From a virus, in the IMG/VR virus record IMGVR_UViG_3300004369_000005, positions 1-64,000 of that record: a stretch of DNA of 64,000 nucleotides, one strand, 5' to 3'. Of this stretch, positions 18,418-29,400 are shown piece after piece. The notes under the pieces were generated by a model. It was not told where the DNA came from, searched no databases, and saw only the letters and a program-made list of their open reading frames with translations. Position 1 is the first letter of the stretch. Every line of letters begins with the position of its first letter. The position numbers and the translations under genes are program-made.

Positions 18418-21400
18418 TTATTTCTTAGTAATGTGTGAAACAATGGTTAGGTTTACAGTCTGTGTGTTTCCTACAGTAGCTCCTACTGTGATATTTAGTC
18501 TTACCACTCCAGCCGTGAGTTCGAATGTTGGGGTGAATAACTTTCCATTGGTTTGGATATTACCATATTCAGTAAAGAATACATCTGCACCATCATCTGT
18601 AACACCAAACTCAATAAACTCTTTTTCATTGTCAGATGTATTTTCTGCAATCAATACAATCTTTGCTCCTTTGCTTGAAGCAGTTTCGTAAATATTGAAT
18701 ACCGCACTATCAATAGTTCCTTTGGTGAGAACAACATCTGCAGTCTTGACTCTAAGATCAGTAGTTTCAAAGACTTTTAAGTCTGCATCAAACAACTTAA
18801 TATTCGATGGAGTTCCTGTTCCAAATGCAGTATTAAAGAATAGGTCACCATCATTAGATAGCGTTAGAACTGGATCTACATTAATACCACCAGAAAGACC
18901 AATCTTAAAATATTGCTTGGAAGTGTGTAAGAAAGTTGTATCCGCTGTAGTGTTGTCTAATGTTGTTGCAGCATTATCTAGAGTTAATAGTGATGCCGTT
19001 AATTCAAATTCATCGCTGACTACAGATCTTACAACATCAATGTTTTCAAATGATAGTTGATTTTTGCTTAGCGTTAATGTTAAGACGTTCTCATTGAAGA
19101 AGGTCAAAGTATCTTCATCAGTACCAGCAGAGGACTCTGCTTTAATTTGAGTATCCTGGTCTACGTCTTTTACACCACCAAGAGAACCCCAGTTAGTTCC
19201 GTCGTATCCTTCAAACTGACTTGCAGATGTATTAAATCTCAAGGAACCTCGGATTGCACTACCTCTTTGGTTTACGTCACCAACAGGAACTGCAATACTA
19301 GTTGTTGCATCAATTTTAACTTTCTTACCAGTAAGTGGTTTGATTACTACATCATTGATGTCCGTGCTGATAACATTGTTTTTTAATCTAAGATCACCAC
19401 CAATGATGAGTGGGATATCTCCAAATGGACCAATTCTTACTTGAGATACTTCATCAATTACAATCTCTCCTACAGCAAGTTGAATCCATTTTAGAGTTGC
19501 AGTACCGTTAGTAAAGTCATTGCCCGAAGTATCAACTGGTGGGTTGCCACTAGTTCCAGTAGTACCAGACAAGGTTACTTCATATACATTGTTTCTGTAT
19601 CTTAAGTAGTTTCCAGTAAATACCGCTAGGTTTGCAACCCAATTGGTATAAGTAACTCCTACAGTATTTGATGATTTAATTGTCTTGGCAGCATCAAGAA
19701 TTACGTTATTCTTTGTGTTTCTAAATGCTAAAATATCATCATTATAATAATAAAGTGTATTATCATTAGCGCCAGGATTTGCTTCTGCTTTGATGTAGGT
19801 ATTACCATCTAGGTCTCTTACACCACCAAGAGAAGACCACACACCAGCTCCAGAAATATCGCTATAACCTTCATACTGATTGGAGTCAGTGTTAAATCTG
19901 ATTGCTCCATTTTCTGCGTATTGAGTAGGTCTCTGACTATCTGTTCCTTTTGGAATTACAATTCCAGTTGGAGCATCAATTTTAAAAAGTCTATCAGAGT
20001 ATGGTTGAACGACTACGTTATCATTTGATGTTGTGGAGATGATGTTATTTTTGATTTGAAGTCTATCGTTAGAATTAAATCTATCGATGACTTTGATTTC
20101 TCCTTGCGATAGAATGTTACCTGTAGCACCAGTAATAACTGCTTTATCTGTAACATTAATGTTACCAGTAAAATTGGCGTTGATAGTCTGAATGCTAAGT
20201 CCACTACCAGCATCTCTTACTTGTGGAGTTCTTACATAAGTGCTGCCCTCAACAAAAGGAGATTTAGTTAAATTAGTTCCAGTATAATCAGTGCTATTGA
20301 TTTCTGGTGCATTTAGAATAGATGCTGTGATTGTACCAGTTTCTACATCTACATAAAAACTATCTTCTGTATTAATAGAAGCAGCCACAAAGGTAGCGCC
20401 AGAACCATAAGTTCTTGTAGCACCTTGATCTACCGTAAGTGCTACCTCATCACCATCAAAACCACCCTCATCTTCATGAGTTCCTTCGAGACGACAATAG
20501 TAATAAAGAGGGTTTGGAGTTGATGAAGTGACGTTAATTGTTACAAAACTAGAATCTCTAGTTACTCCATCTGTATATTCAACACCACGGAATTCTAGAT
20601 CTGTGGTTCCACTTACAAGAGCATTCTGACTAATCTCTAGTGTAGTTCCATCTACAACAGCAGTAACGGTGGTGTTATTAACAACACCTTGTCCCGATAC
20701 TACTGTGATTACCATGTCTGCTGAAATAGAAGACGTGTCGTCAACAGTAATTTGATTTGATCCAGCAGTAATAGTTGCAGTTTTTGTTACTCTACTTGGA
20801 CTCCATGGACCATCTGGGAATTTACTAAGAGCAAATTCATGGTTCTGGTTAGAACTATCTGCAATGTCAAACACATATGAACTACCAGCTTCTAAAGTGA
20901 TTGATGGTTCAATCTGATTATTAAGAGTAAATCTGTAAGAATTTACTACCGTATCTGTAGTAAAGGTAGAAGAATCGCTTTGTCTAGTCAACTCTTCTTG
21001 TCCGTCTGTGCTAAAATCAGATCCCTCTACTATGAGATAAAGTAAATTTGTTGCAGACTCTTTTACAAGAACAACTTCATATATATCATCGCCATTTGCA
21101 GTTAATCTATCTCCAACAGAGAAAGTTCCTGCAGTAATTGCAGTAGTAAATGTAATTTTTTGAATATCAATATTTCTTACTTCATATATTGTTGGTTTTA
21201 CCAGATTAGTTGGATTAACTGAAAGTACATCTAACTGTTCGTATCCATTACCAGGGTTATTGATAGCAAGTCCAGTAATGGGTCCGAGATCATTTACAAC
21301 ATATGTAAAGTCTGTAGTTGGATTTGCACCATATGCAGGAGTAAATGTCATGGTAGCAGAGCCTGGCTCATTGCTATCATCGGACATTGTTAACGTATTT

Positions 21401-23217
21401 GTGGAATAATCAATTTCATCAATTGTAGCTCCACTAAACAAGTCTGCATTACCAGCAGTTTGTGTCAATGACATTCCTGGAAAAAGTCCAGTAGTGCTAC
21501 TTACTTGAATTTGATTTGCTGATTGACTTGTAGTAAAATCAACAGGAACGCCAGACTCAGTTGCCGTAGCGGCACTTGACAGTGTGATGGTTGTAGCATT
21601 TACAATGGTAATTGTTGTTCCTGGGTCTACGTTAGTAGTTCCAGTAATTTCCATTCCATTGATAAGTTGAGCTGTACTTGAAACCGTAGCGGTCGTACTA
21701 TTTTCAGTGAAGTTTGTTTGAACTGAAATAGTACCAAATACAGTACCAGTAACTCCAGTAGTCTCATCAGGCAGAATTAGTGTATCCCCAGGTTGATACC
21801 CAGTTCCCTGAATGCTGAAACTGAATGAACTTACAATACCTGGAATAGTAGTGACAGTAAACTCAAATCCACTACCGCCTACATTTCCTAGATTTGCTTG
21901 ATCGATAGATAGAACATCATTCTGCAGATATCCAAAACCATTTTCATTTGTATCGACAGATGTAACGACACCAGTGTATGTTGTTGTAGCACCTAAAGTA
22001 TATTCAAATCCAGTTCCATTTGCTAGATTTAATTGTAGAACATCGTTAGGATTATAATCTTCACCAATGTTTAGAACGTTAATTGTAGTTACATTGCCAT
22101 TTGAATCTACAATAGCATCACAAAGGAGTCCATTGCCGTGCTCCCCAACTGTTCCAGATTGAACTGTAATAGTTGCACCCATGCCCTCGTGAATAGAGCA
22201 ATCGTATTTAATATCTCCAGAAGGAGCTCCTGGTTTGATGATAAGATCAATGAATCCAGTTCCATTTTGAGTAACAAATGCTCCTGGATCAAGAGCAGTA
22301 TTATTCGTATTTCTAAAGATTAAAGGATGACCGTCATTCGACGAATCGGAAATGACAAATCTATATGTGTTTCCAGCATCAAGAGTTAGTGCCTGTTGAG
22401 TATTGCCATCAAGTTGGTATACGTTTGAAGGTGGTGGACTACCAGGATTTGAAACAGTAGTTACTACGAAAGTTTGCTGTGGGGAGTTGAAGAATGAAAC
22501 TCCATTATAAGTTCCTTGGTTATATCCGCTACCAGCATTAGTGATAGTTCCATTATAATTAACTTCGCCAGTTACAGTAACAGTAGCAGTTTCTCCACTA
22601 CCACTACTTGAAATATTTGTAAAAGGAACGTTCTCATATGTTCCTGGGTAATAACCACTACCACCATCAGTAATAGCACCATCAACACCCTTTACAGTAA
22701 AGGAACAGATTGCTCCAGTACCACTACCACCTTCTAGATACTGGTCGTTATATTCACCAAAGTCGTAACCAGAACCTTCTGATGTGATGTTTCCGTTATA
22801 CTCACTAACAGTAATATTTCCAGTTAAGTTGTTACCAATACCACCAGTAATTGGAATATTGTTATAATTTCCTGGGTCGTAGTTTAGACCAGGATTTGTA
22901 ATAACAAGTTCACCAACAATGTTCTTTTGAGTAATAATATCTTTGAACGAAATAAAAGAATCTGGTGATAGATTAGTAAGTTTTTTTCCTGAGGCAACAA
23001 ATCCTAAGACACTATTGTCTACTCGATAAAATCCTAGTTGATTATCTGAAGTAAACGATAGAGCTGGATTGTCAACTGATCCATCACCAAGTTTTAGGAT
23101 GCCTGTTTGTAGATCACTACCACCTGCATTAATACTAAAAATTTGTTCCGAGATTTCATTAATCTTTACCCTCTGTTGTTCGAAGGTATCTGTTCTAGCG
23201 ACGGTGATTGCTGGCAT
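18418..23217 (-). CDS. virion structural/fibre protein (1599 aa) with cupredoxin-like domains
   Basis: ARTDTFEQQRVKIN N-terminus; two G.[IL]RFNT...Q[YF]EGY...W.SLGGV.D.D repeats; H...CSIHEGM motif. Confidence 0.85.
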   Translation of the reverse strand: MPAITVARTDTFEQQRVKINEISEQIFSINAGGSDLQTGILKLGDGSVDNPALSFTSDNQLGFYRVDNSVLGFVASGKKLTNLSPDSFISFKDIITQKNIVGELVITNPGLNYDPGNYNNIPITGGIGNNLTGNITVSEYNGNITSEGSGYDFGEYNDQYLEGGSGTGAICSFTVKGVDGAITDGGSGYYPGTYENVPFTNISSSGSGETATVTVTGEVNYNGTITNAGSGYNQGTYNGVSFFNSPQQTFVVTTVSNPGSPPPSNVYQLDGNTQQALTLDAGNTYRFVISDSSNDGHPLIFRNTNNTALDPGAFVTQNGTGFIDLIIKPGAPSGDIKYDCSIHEGMGATITVQSGTVGEHGNGLLCDAIVDSNGNVTTINVLNIGEDYNPNDVLQLNLANGTGFEYTLGATTTYTGVVTSVDTNENGFGYLQNDVLSIDQANLGNVGGSGFEFTVTTIPGIVSSFSFSIQGTGYQPGDTLILPDETTGVTGTVFGTISVQTNFTENSTTATVSSTAQLINGMEITGTTNVDPGTTITIVNATTITLSSAATATESGVPVDFTTSQSANQIQVSSTTGLFPGMSLTQTAGNADLFSGATIDEIDYSTNTLTMSDDSNEPGSATMTFTPAYGANPTTDFTYVVNDLGPITGLAINNPGNGYEQLDVLSVNPTNLVKPTIYEVRNIDIQKITFTTAITAGTFSVGDRLTANGDDIYEVVLVKESATNLLYLIVEGSDFSTDGQEELTRQSDSSTFTTDTVVNSYRFTLNNQIEPSITLEAGSSYVFDIADSSNQNHEFALSKFPDGPWSPSRVTKTATITAGSNQITVDDTSSISADMVITVVSGQGVVNNTTVTAVVDGTTLEISQNALVSGTTDLEFRGVEYTDGVTRDSSFVTINVTSSTPNPLYYYCRLEGTHEDEGGFDGDEVALTVDQGATRTYGSGATFVAASINTEDSFYVDVETGTITASILNAPEINSTDYTGTNLTKSPFVEGSTYVRTPQVRDAGSGLSIQTINANFTGNINVTDKAVITGATGNILSQGEIKVIDRFNSNDRLQIKNNIISTTSNDNVVVQPYSDRLFKIDAPTGIVIPKGTDSQRPTQYAENGAIRFNTDSNQYEGYSDISGAGVWSSLGGVRDLDGNTYIKAEANPGANDNTLYYYNDDILAFRNTKNNVILDAAKTIKSSNTVGVTYTNWVANLAVFTGNYLRYRNNVYEVTLSGTTGTSGNPPVDTSGNDFTNGTATLKWIQLAVGEIVIDEVSQVRIGPFGDIPLIIGGDLRLKNNVISTDINDVVIKPLTGKKVKIDATTSIAVPVGDVNQRGSAIRGSLRFNTSASQFEGYDGTNWGSLGGVKDVDQDTQIKAESSAGTDEDTLTFFNENVLTLTLSKNQLSFENIDVVRSVVSDEFELTASLLTLDNAATTLDNTTADTTFLHTSKQYFKIGLSGGINVDPVLTLSNDGDLFFNTAFGTGTPSNIKLFDADLKVFETTDLRVKTADVVLTKGTIDSAVFNIYETASSKGAKIVLIAENTSDNEKEFIEFGVTDDGADVFFTEYGNIQTNGKLFTPTFELTAGVVRLNITVGATVGNTQTVNLTIVSHITKK

Positions 23218-23410
23218 TTTCGATTAACTCTCGCAGTAAAGACTTTATTTCAGAAACTTCGTTCTTCAACATATTTATGTCTTCCAACGCGGAAGTTAGT
23301 GATTTTGATTTACGTCTGGCTTCAATAGCAGATTCGTCCAAATTAATGATGGCACCTGTGTTTTGGTCTCTTACGAGACCATTGTGCCCCGAGACTTTAA
23401 TGTAGTCCAT
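23195..23410 (-). CDS. hypothetical protein
   Basis: LVRDQNTGAIIN motif plus C-terminal coiled coil. Confidence 0.8.
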   Translation of the reverse strand: MDYIKVSGHNGLVRDQNTGAIINLDESAIEARRKSKSLTSALEDINMLKNEVSEIKSLLRELIENASNHRR

Positions 23411-23418
23411 GCGCGGAA

Positions 23419-26400
23419 TCAGAATGCAGCAACTGCTCTAATGTCTTGTATCTTAGGAATGTATGATGGGTCAACACCCTTCATAACAATCTTAATAGCA
23501 AAGGAAGAAAATTCTGGTAGATTTTCTACACTATACTTAAGATCTTGGTATGATGACTGTTTTTCAACAACGCTAGAAATACTATTGTCTGCAGTAGCAA
23601 TTTCAAAATTATCTGGTTCTCCAGATTCATTGAAGTAGAACCACTCAGAATCTCCAAAGTTCTCTTGACTAGAGGCTTTTTTGTACTTATAAAGAACTTC
23701 GATGTTGGAGATATCTGTAGTATTTGCTAGGATGTGTACGTCAATTGCAGTAGCAGGACTTGCAATATAAACTTCTTTAGTTACATACTTAGCAACAGAA
23801 GAACTGTTCTTTGTAGAATCTTCGGGAACAAAGTCAATACCATTAGTATATGATACCTTAGCAACCTCTACCAAGAACGCTTCATCCTCGGGTTGAGTAG
23901 CGTATGAGATAATATCTCCTACGCGGAAAATGTCAGGTTGTTGATCTGCAATGATATTGTTTCTGGTATATAGATTTGAGTCAACGATCTTAGCAGTATA
24001 ATTATCATTAATTGGTTTAGCGTCAACTCTTACAGTAAGTTTTCTTTCTGCTCTATTCCAGATAACAGATCTTCCAGTAATCTTATTATCGTATGTCTCA
24101 GTAATCTTAGATTCAACTGGATTTCTAGCAACAATATTGATATCCTCACCTGCTGGAGATTGAGTAGAACTATTGATAATAGGTGTTACTAGAAGAGGGA
24201 TAGATCCAACAGCACATGATCCAGAAAAATCAGTATTGTTTGTAAACTGAGTGAATTCTAGATTTTCATTTAAAACAAATCCTTGCTTAGTTCTTACTTT
24301 AATCCAAACATTATTACCTTCTACTTTAGCGACAGATCCTGTTGCCTGTGAAGTAGAACCCTTAACACTTTGGTTGTTAAAGATGCTTGGAGTCTCCTGA
24401 CCTTCTGGAGTAGTAATAGCAACAGCAAATTTGTATACTGGATAGAATTCTAGAATCTGATCTCTTCTACCGTATCTATCTTCTTGACCGCTTGCTTTTT
24501 CAATTCTGTTAGATACAGTCTTGACACTACAAGAGGAAAGATCAACAACTGGTGACAAATATGAACGATCTGAAGACAACTTCATTTTGTATGTTAATGA
24601 TCTATTGATATTATTGAGGGTTTCATTAATATCTGAAGCAATGAACTTTTGATTGTCAAAGTAATGCGGTTCGTTTAAGAAAGTTCTCTCGAAGTCGGTT
24701 TGTGAATATGAGGTATAGTTAGTCGTTGAGGAATCAACAGGAACAACATTAGTTGTTTTTACTTCAGTATCGAGTTTAGTTCCAGTTACAGTCAAGTATT
24801 GTACTTGTGGATATAGAACTTCATATTTTCTGTTAAAGGTAGCATACATGTTAGATCCACCACCAACAGCTGTCTTAGACGCAGATAGTGGAGATGTAAT
24901 AGTATAAGTATCGATACCAGAATTAGCAACTTGATATAAGTTAGTATTAAGCGCCTCAGATGTTACGCCACCAACACTGCCACTTCCTTTAAAGAAGACG
25001 TATGAATGTCCCATTCCTTCATAACCATTATCTCTATGATGTACTTTGAGAATTCTGTTATTATTTTTAAAGAGAGGTGAAGTGGCAATAGAAGATGCAG
25101 TAGCATTAGTTTCAATAGAATCTACTCCTAGTTTTTCAAATCCAAGTGACTTATTCTTGATTAGTAGTTCCGAATTTCTACTGATATCAAATTCTGCTCT
25201 GTAGAGAGTAAACTTGATGTCTTCGAAGTTATCTTCGGTCCAACTTTCAGTGTTCTGTGACTTATATACAGAACCCAAAGATGGTTGAGTGGTAATAACT
25301 GTGCTGGTAGATAGATCAGTTTCGCCTAGTCTAGACGCCCACATCATATACTCATTAGAATCAGTCTCAACAACCAAAGCATACTCAGTATCATTAGCAA
25401 GATATACTGGATAATCAAACTTAAAGTTGGTTGGAGTAGTGGATTCCGTGAGACCCACGAAATCGCTTGCTACGCCCATTCTAACTGCTGGTGTGTCAAT
25501 ATCAATCAATGTCTCTACTTCGCATCCTCCAGCGCCATTACCGATGCCTCTGATTACAACAGAAGGTGCTTCGGTATATCCAAAACCAGGAATAGAAACC
25601 TCGGTGTTGTAGATCTTACCACCAGATACATTTACTGTTGCTGTTGCAACAGATCCACCAGGAAGTTGGGGACTCTCGATAGTAAATACTGCATTGTCAT
25701 AATTTTGACCTGGATTTAGAATTCTAATCTCAGATAATTTTCCACTGTCCTTAGCGATTGTGAGAACTAGATTAGTACCACCTGTGTCGTTAGCCAAAGT
25801 TACTGATGGAATAGTAAGTTGCTCGTTTGGCAAGAATGAACGACCATTGTGATTCTCTAGGACTAGAGTATAAACTTGTTCGTTGGTGAGAGAAAAAATA
25901 CCAGTAGAAGATGGCACTAAATCAACACCGTTCTTATCAACAATTTTTAAGATTGGACCAGAAGCAGCAGAGCTGTTTCCAACAACATATTCTCCCTTTG
26001 TCACTAAAACATTACCGTTAGCATATACTTTTAGATATGTTTCTGGTGTTAGAACTTTCTCAGTTCCTGGGACAATGTTCTTGCCTGGTTTTTCAAAGTC
26101 TACATTTGTAATGTAAGTCTTAATTGGGATAGAAGAACTCTTCTTATTGAAGTATAGATCTACGCTAGTAACAAATACACCACCTTCATAGTTTTCGACT
26201 TTAAAAGTCTGTGCCAGTGGATTAGGTCTGATTGGGTTATCAGTATTGCTATCAACAAATTGAACGCCTTCATTAGACTTAAAGTACGATGGTTTTGTTG
26301 AAATAATACTGACAGGATTTTCTGGTAGAATACCTGTTGCATAATACTTAACTTCTGCATAAGTATCTACTGTAGCTTTAGGTGCATCAACACCACTCGA

Positions 26401-29400
26401 AGTAAATCTAAGTGTTAGAATTCCAGTAGTAAATCGGATTTCTTCCGATGATGCATCAAAATCTAGACCTGATATATCACCATCCCAAGTAGCATTCTTA
26501 GCAGGTGCTTTTCCACCAGGAATTAGAATAATACCGCTAGCATTGCCATTTGAATCTGTTATAATCTCACCATTAAATGCTGATAGTGAGTTACCAGCAA
26601 TACCAGTAAACTTCAGGTCAGGATTGACCCAACGGTTGATATTTCTGCCTTCTAAAAATACGTTAATTTTAGTATTTGGTTTTAGTCTTCTAATTACAAA
26701 CTTAACTTCCTGTGACTTAGCAAAGAATTGAAGTGCTGTTCCAACAGAGTTTTCGCCAACAGATTTACTTTGAACTCCCTTAGCAAGTTCATTGTTCTGT
26801 GGACTAATGTTTGAAGTACTTCCTACTGATGCTGCCTTAACTTCTGCAGTAGAACTGTTACTGTTTAGTTCTCCAAGAGAATTGATTGAAGTAAATGATG
26901 GAGCTGTTCCAACCCAGTTTACAATAAATGAATTGTATAGACTTGCGAAACTTTCTTTGACATTATCTTTTGCCAAGAAAATATTGTAGATACTAGTATT
27001 GGTATCTACAACCAATGGAGCAACTGTCTGATCGTACCATTGATCGATAGCAGGAGAAATTTCTCCATCACCAACATATTGGACGACTACAAATGGATTT
27101 GGATTAATAGTCTTAGAAGCGAAATCATTACCTAATAGCGAAAGTTGACTATAAGGAAGAGTTACGATTCCATTTGTATTTGCATATCCAGATACTACTC
27201 TTTGGTCTTCTCTGGTGTTGACTTCTACCAACTTGATAGAATCTTCTTTAGATTGTGGTCTTAGAACAGATTGTCTGCTGTCAATCGAACAAAGATAATC
27301 CTGGGATGTCAGAGCACCAACACCATGAGTTTCAAAGTTATCAACAAAGAATCCAGACTTAAATCTGTCTAGACCAATTTCATCTTTAACTTGCATGTTA
27401 AGAGCTTGTTGCTCTAGAATGCTTAGAGTGGTGTAATACTCAAGACGCTCAATACGCTTCTCTAGTTTACCGATGTCACGCATTGTGTAACGACGGTTAT
27501 CTACAGGAGTAATTCTTACATCCTTAGTTGTCTTTGTAAAAGCAGGAATGTAAAGATAGAAGAGAGGAACAGCATCTTTAACAGGATCTGGTTTTGATGG
27601 GTTGAGTGAAGAGTTTCCTTCTTTAACAATAAACTCTCCGTTCTTGTTGAGGAAGACACCATCCATACGATCCAGATATTGAATCTGACTAAACTTGAAG
27701 GTATATTCTAGGGTATTGTCTGGTGCTGGTGTAGCAGCAAATACAGAACCAACGCCAGAGAAGTTACTTCCAGTCACTTCTAGAGATGCAGTATCTTGGA
27801 AACCAGCAAGAATAGTTTGACTGTTGACCTTGGGTCTAAAGTCAATTAGGTTCTTCAATTCAACTGTACCAAGAACTGATGATTCAAATGTTGGAATCTC
27901 GTCTTCTAAAACACCTGCCTCATGTAGATATGAATCGATAGTACAGAAATCACCTTGTGAATGCTCGAAGTAATCAAATGCAATAACAATCTGACCTACA
28001 GGAGATTCTGCTCCTGGTTTTAAGTTAATTCTAGAAACATCATATAGTGTATCTCTTTGACCGTTGTCAAATGTAAATCTGCTGGTAATATCAGAACCAG
28101 AAACTAAATTGCCTGCACTATCAATTTCTGGAGGAGCAGTTGTGGTTCCCTCATAGACATAAAGTAATCTAAAAGCATCAGAGTATGACAAAATTTCTAC
28201 TGCATTACTATCATAATCCGTTCCTCTGAAAGGAATTACTCTGTCTCCAGCGGAATCTACAACAATTCTCTTTTTTCTTACAGCAGTCTTGAGTCTTGGT
28301 TTTGCATTACTGACTTCAATAGTTGCAGACAACTTAAGAATAGGAGCTGTATATGTTTGCAACTGTTCTTCTGTTAACGAAGTTGAGTTGAAATAATTTG
28401 TTGGTAGATTAAATGAAATGCTACCAGAGGTTAATCCACTAGAGGTATCTGTAGAAGATCTGATTTCTACAAGATCTGGATCAATGTATACGATATCTCC
28501 TTCCGAAACTAGGTCTGCATCATTCTTTTTAAGAACGGTTACAATATAGTTGTTTTCATTGAAAGCAGTAAATCTCTGCGTACCAAATGGTAATTGTGCT
28601 GCAAACGTAATTAGACCACCACCAGCAGAACCAGATGTTACAAAGTCTCTTCTAAAGTTATATACGATCTTTGTATCTTCTGGACTGTTTACAATCTTAG
28701 AGATTGATCTACTGCCTGTTGGGAACAATAACGTTCCTCCATTTGGATTTCCTAATTTAGGACGGAATCTTACAACGCTGGTTGCATTAACGTCACGATA
28801 TAATGTTTCGTCAATATAGATTCTAGATTTGGCAGATCCTTTTTGCTCTGTAGCATATTGAACGATTGCTCTAATTACATTGTTTTCTGAATCGGAAAAT
28901 TGAATCAAATCACCTTGCTGTAATACAGAAGATGCATTGGCACTAAAGCTAGTAGATTCTAGGAACTTTGTTCCCATCTTACCAAAGAATGTAAAGGCAG
29001 TAACATCATATAACTCACCATATGCTCTGTCATCAATCAAAACATCTGCGGTGAAAGTATTGACACCACCAGAACCATAAGTTGCACCTAGTGATTTTAC
29101 ATTGTTTGGAGTATAAGTAACGACTGTATTTTTGTGTAGTACGGTATCTAAAACACAAGGAGTCGTAATAGTTCCTACTGAAGTTGGAACTACCAAAGGT
29201 GGTTTTGTATACACGGTACTTACTGCTGATCGATCAAGAATATCGATTCTGTAGATAGATTCTCCTACCTGACCGAAAGTAATTTGAGTCTCATCAAATT
29301 CAACACCATCGATTTTTAGTTTAGGATCGGAATAACCAGCACCTCTCTCACTAACAATAAAGTGAGAAATAGTTCCTTCTGTAGCAATCTTTGTTAGAAC

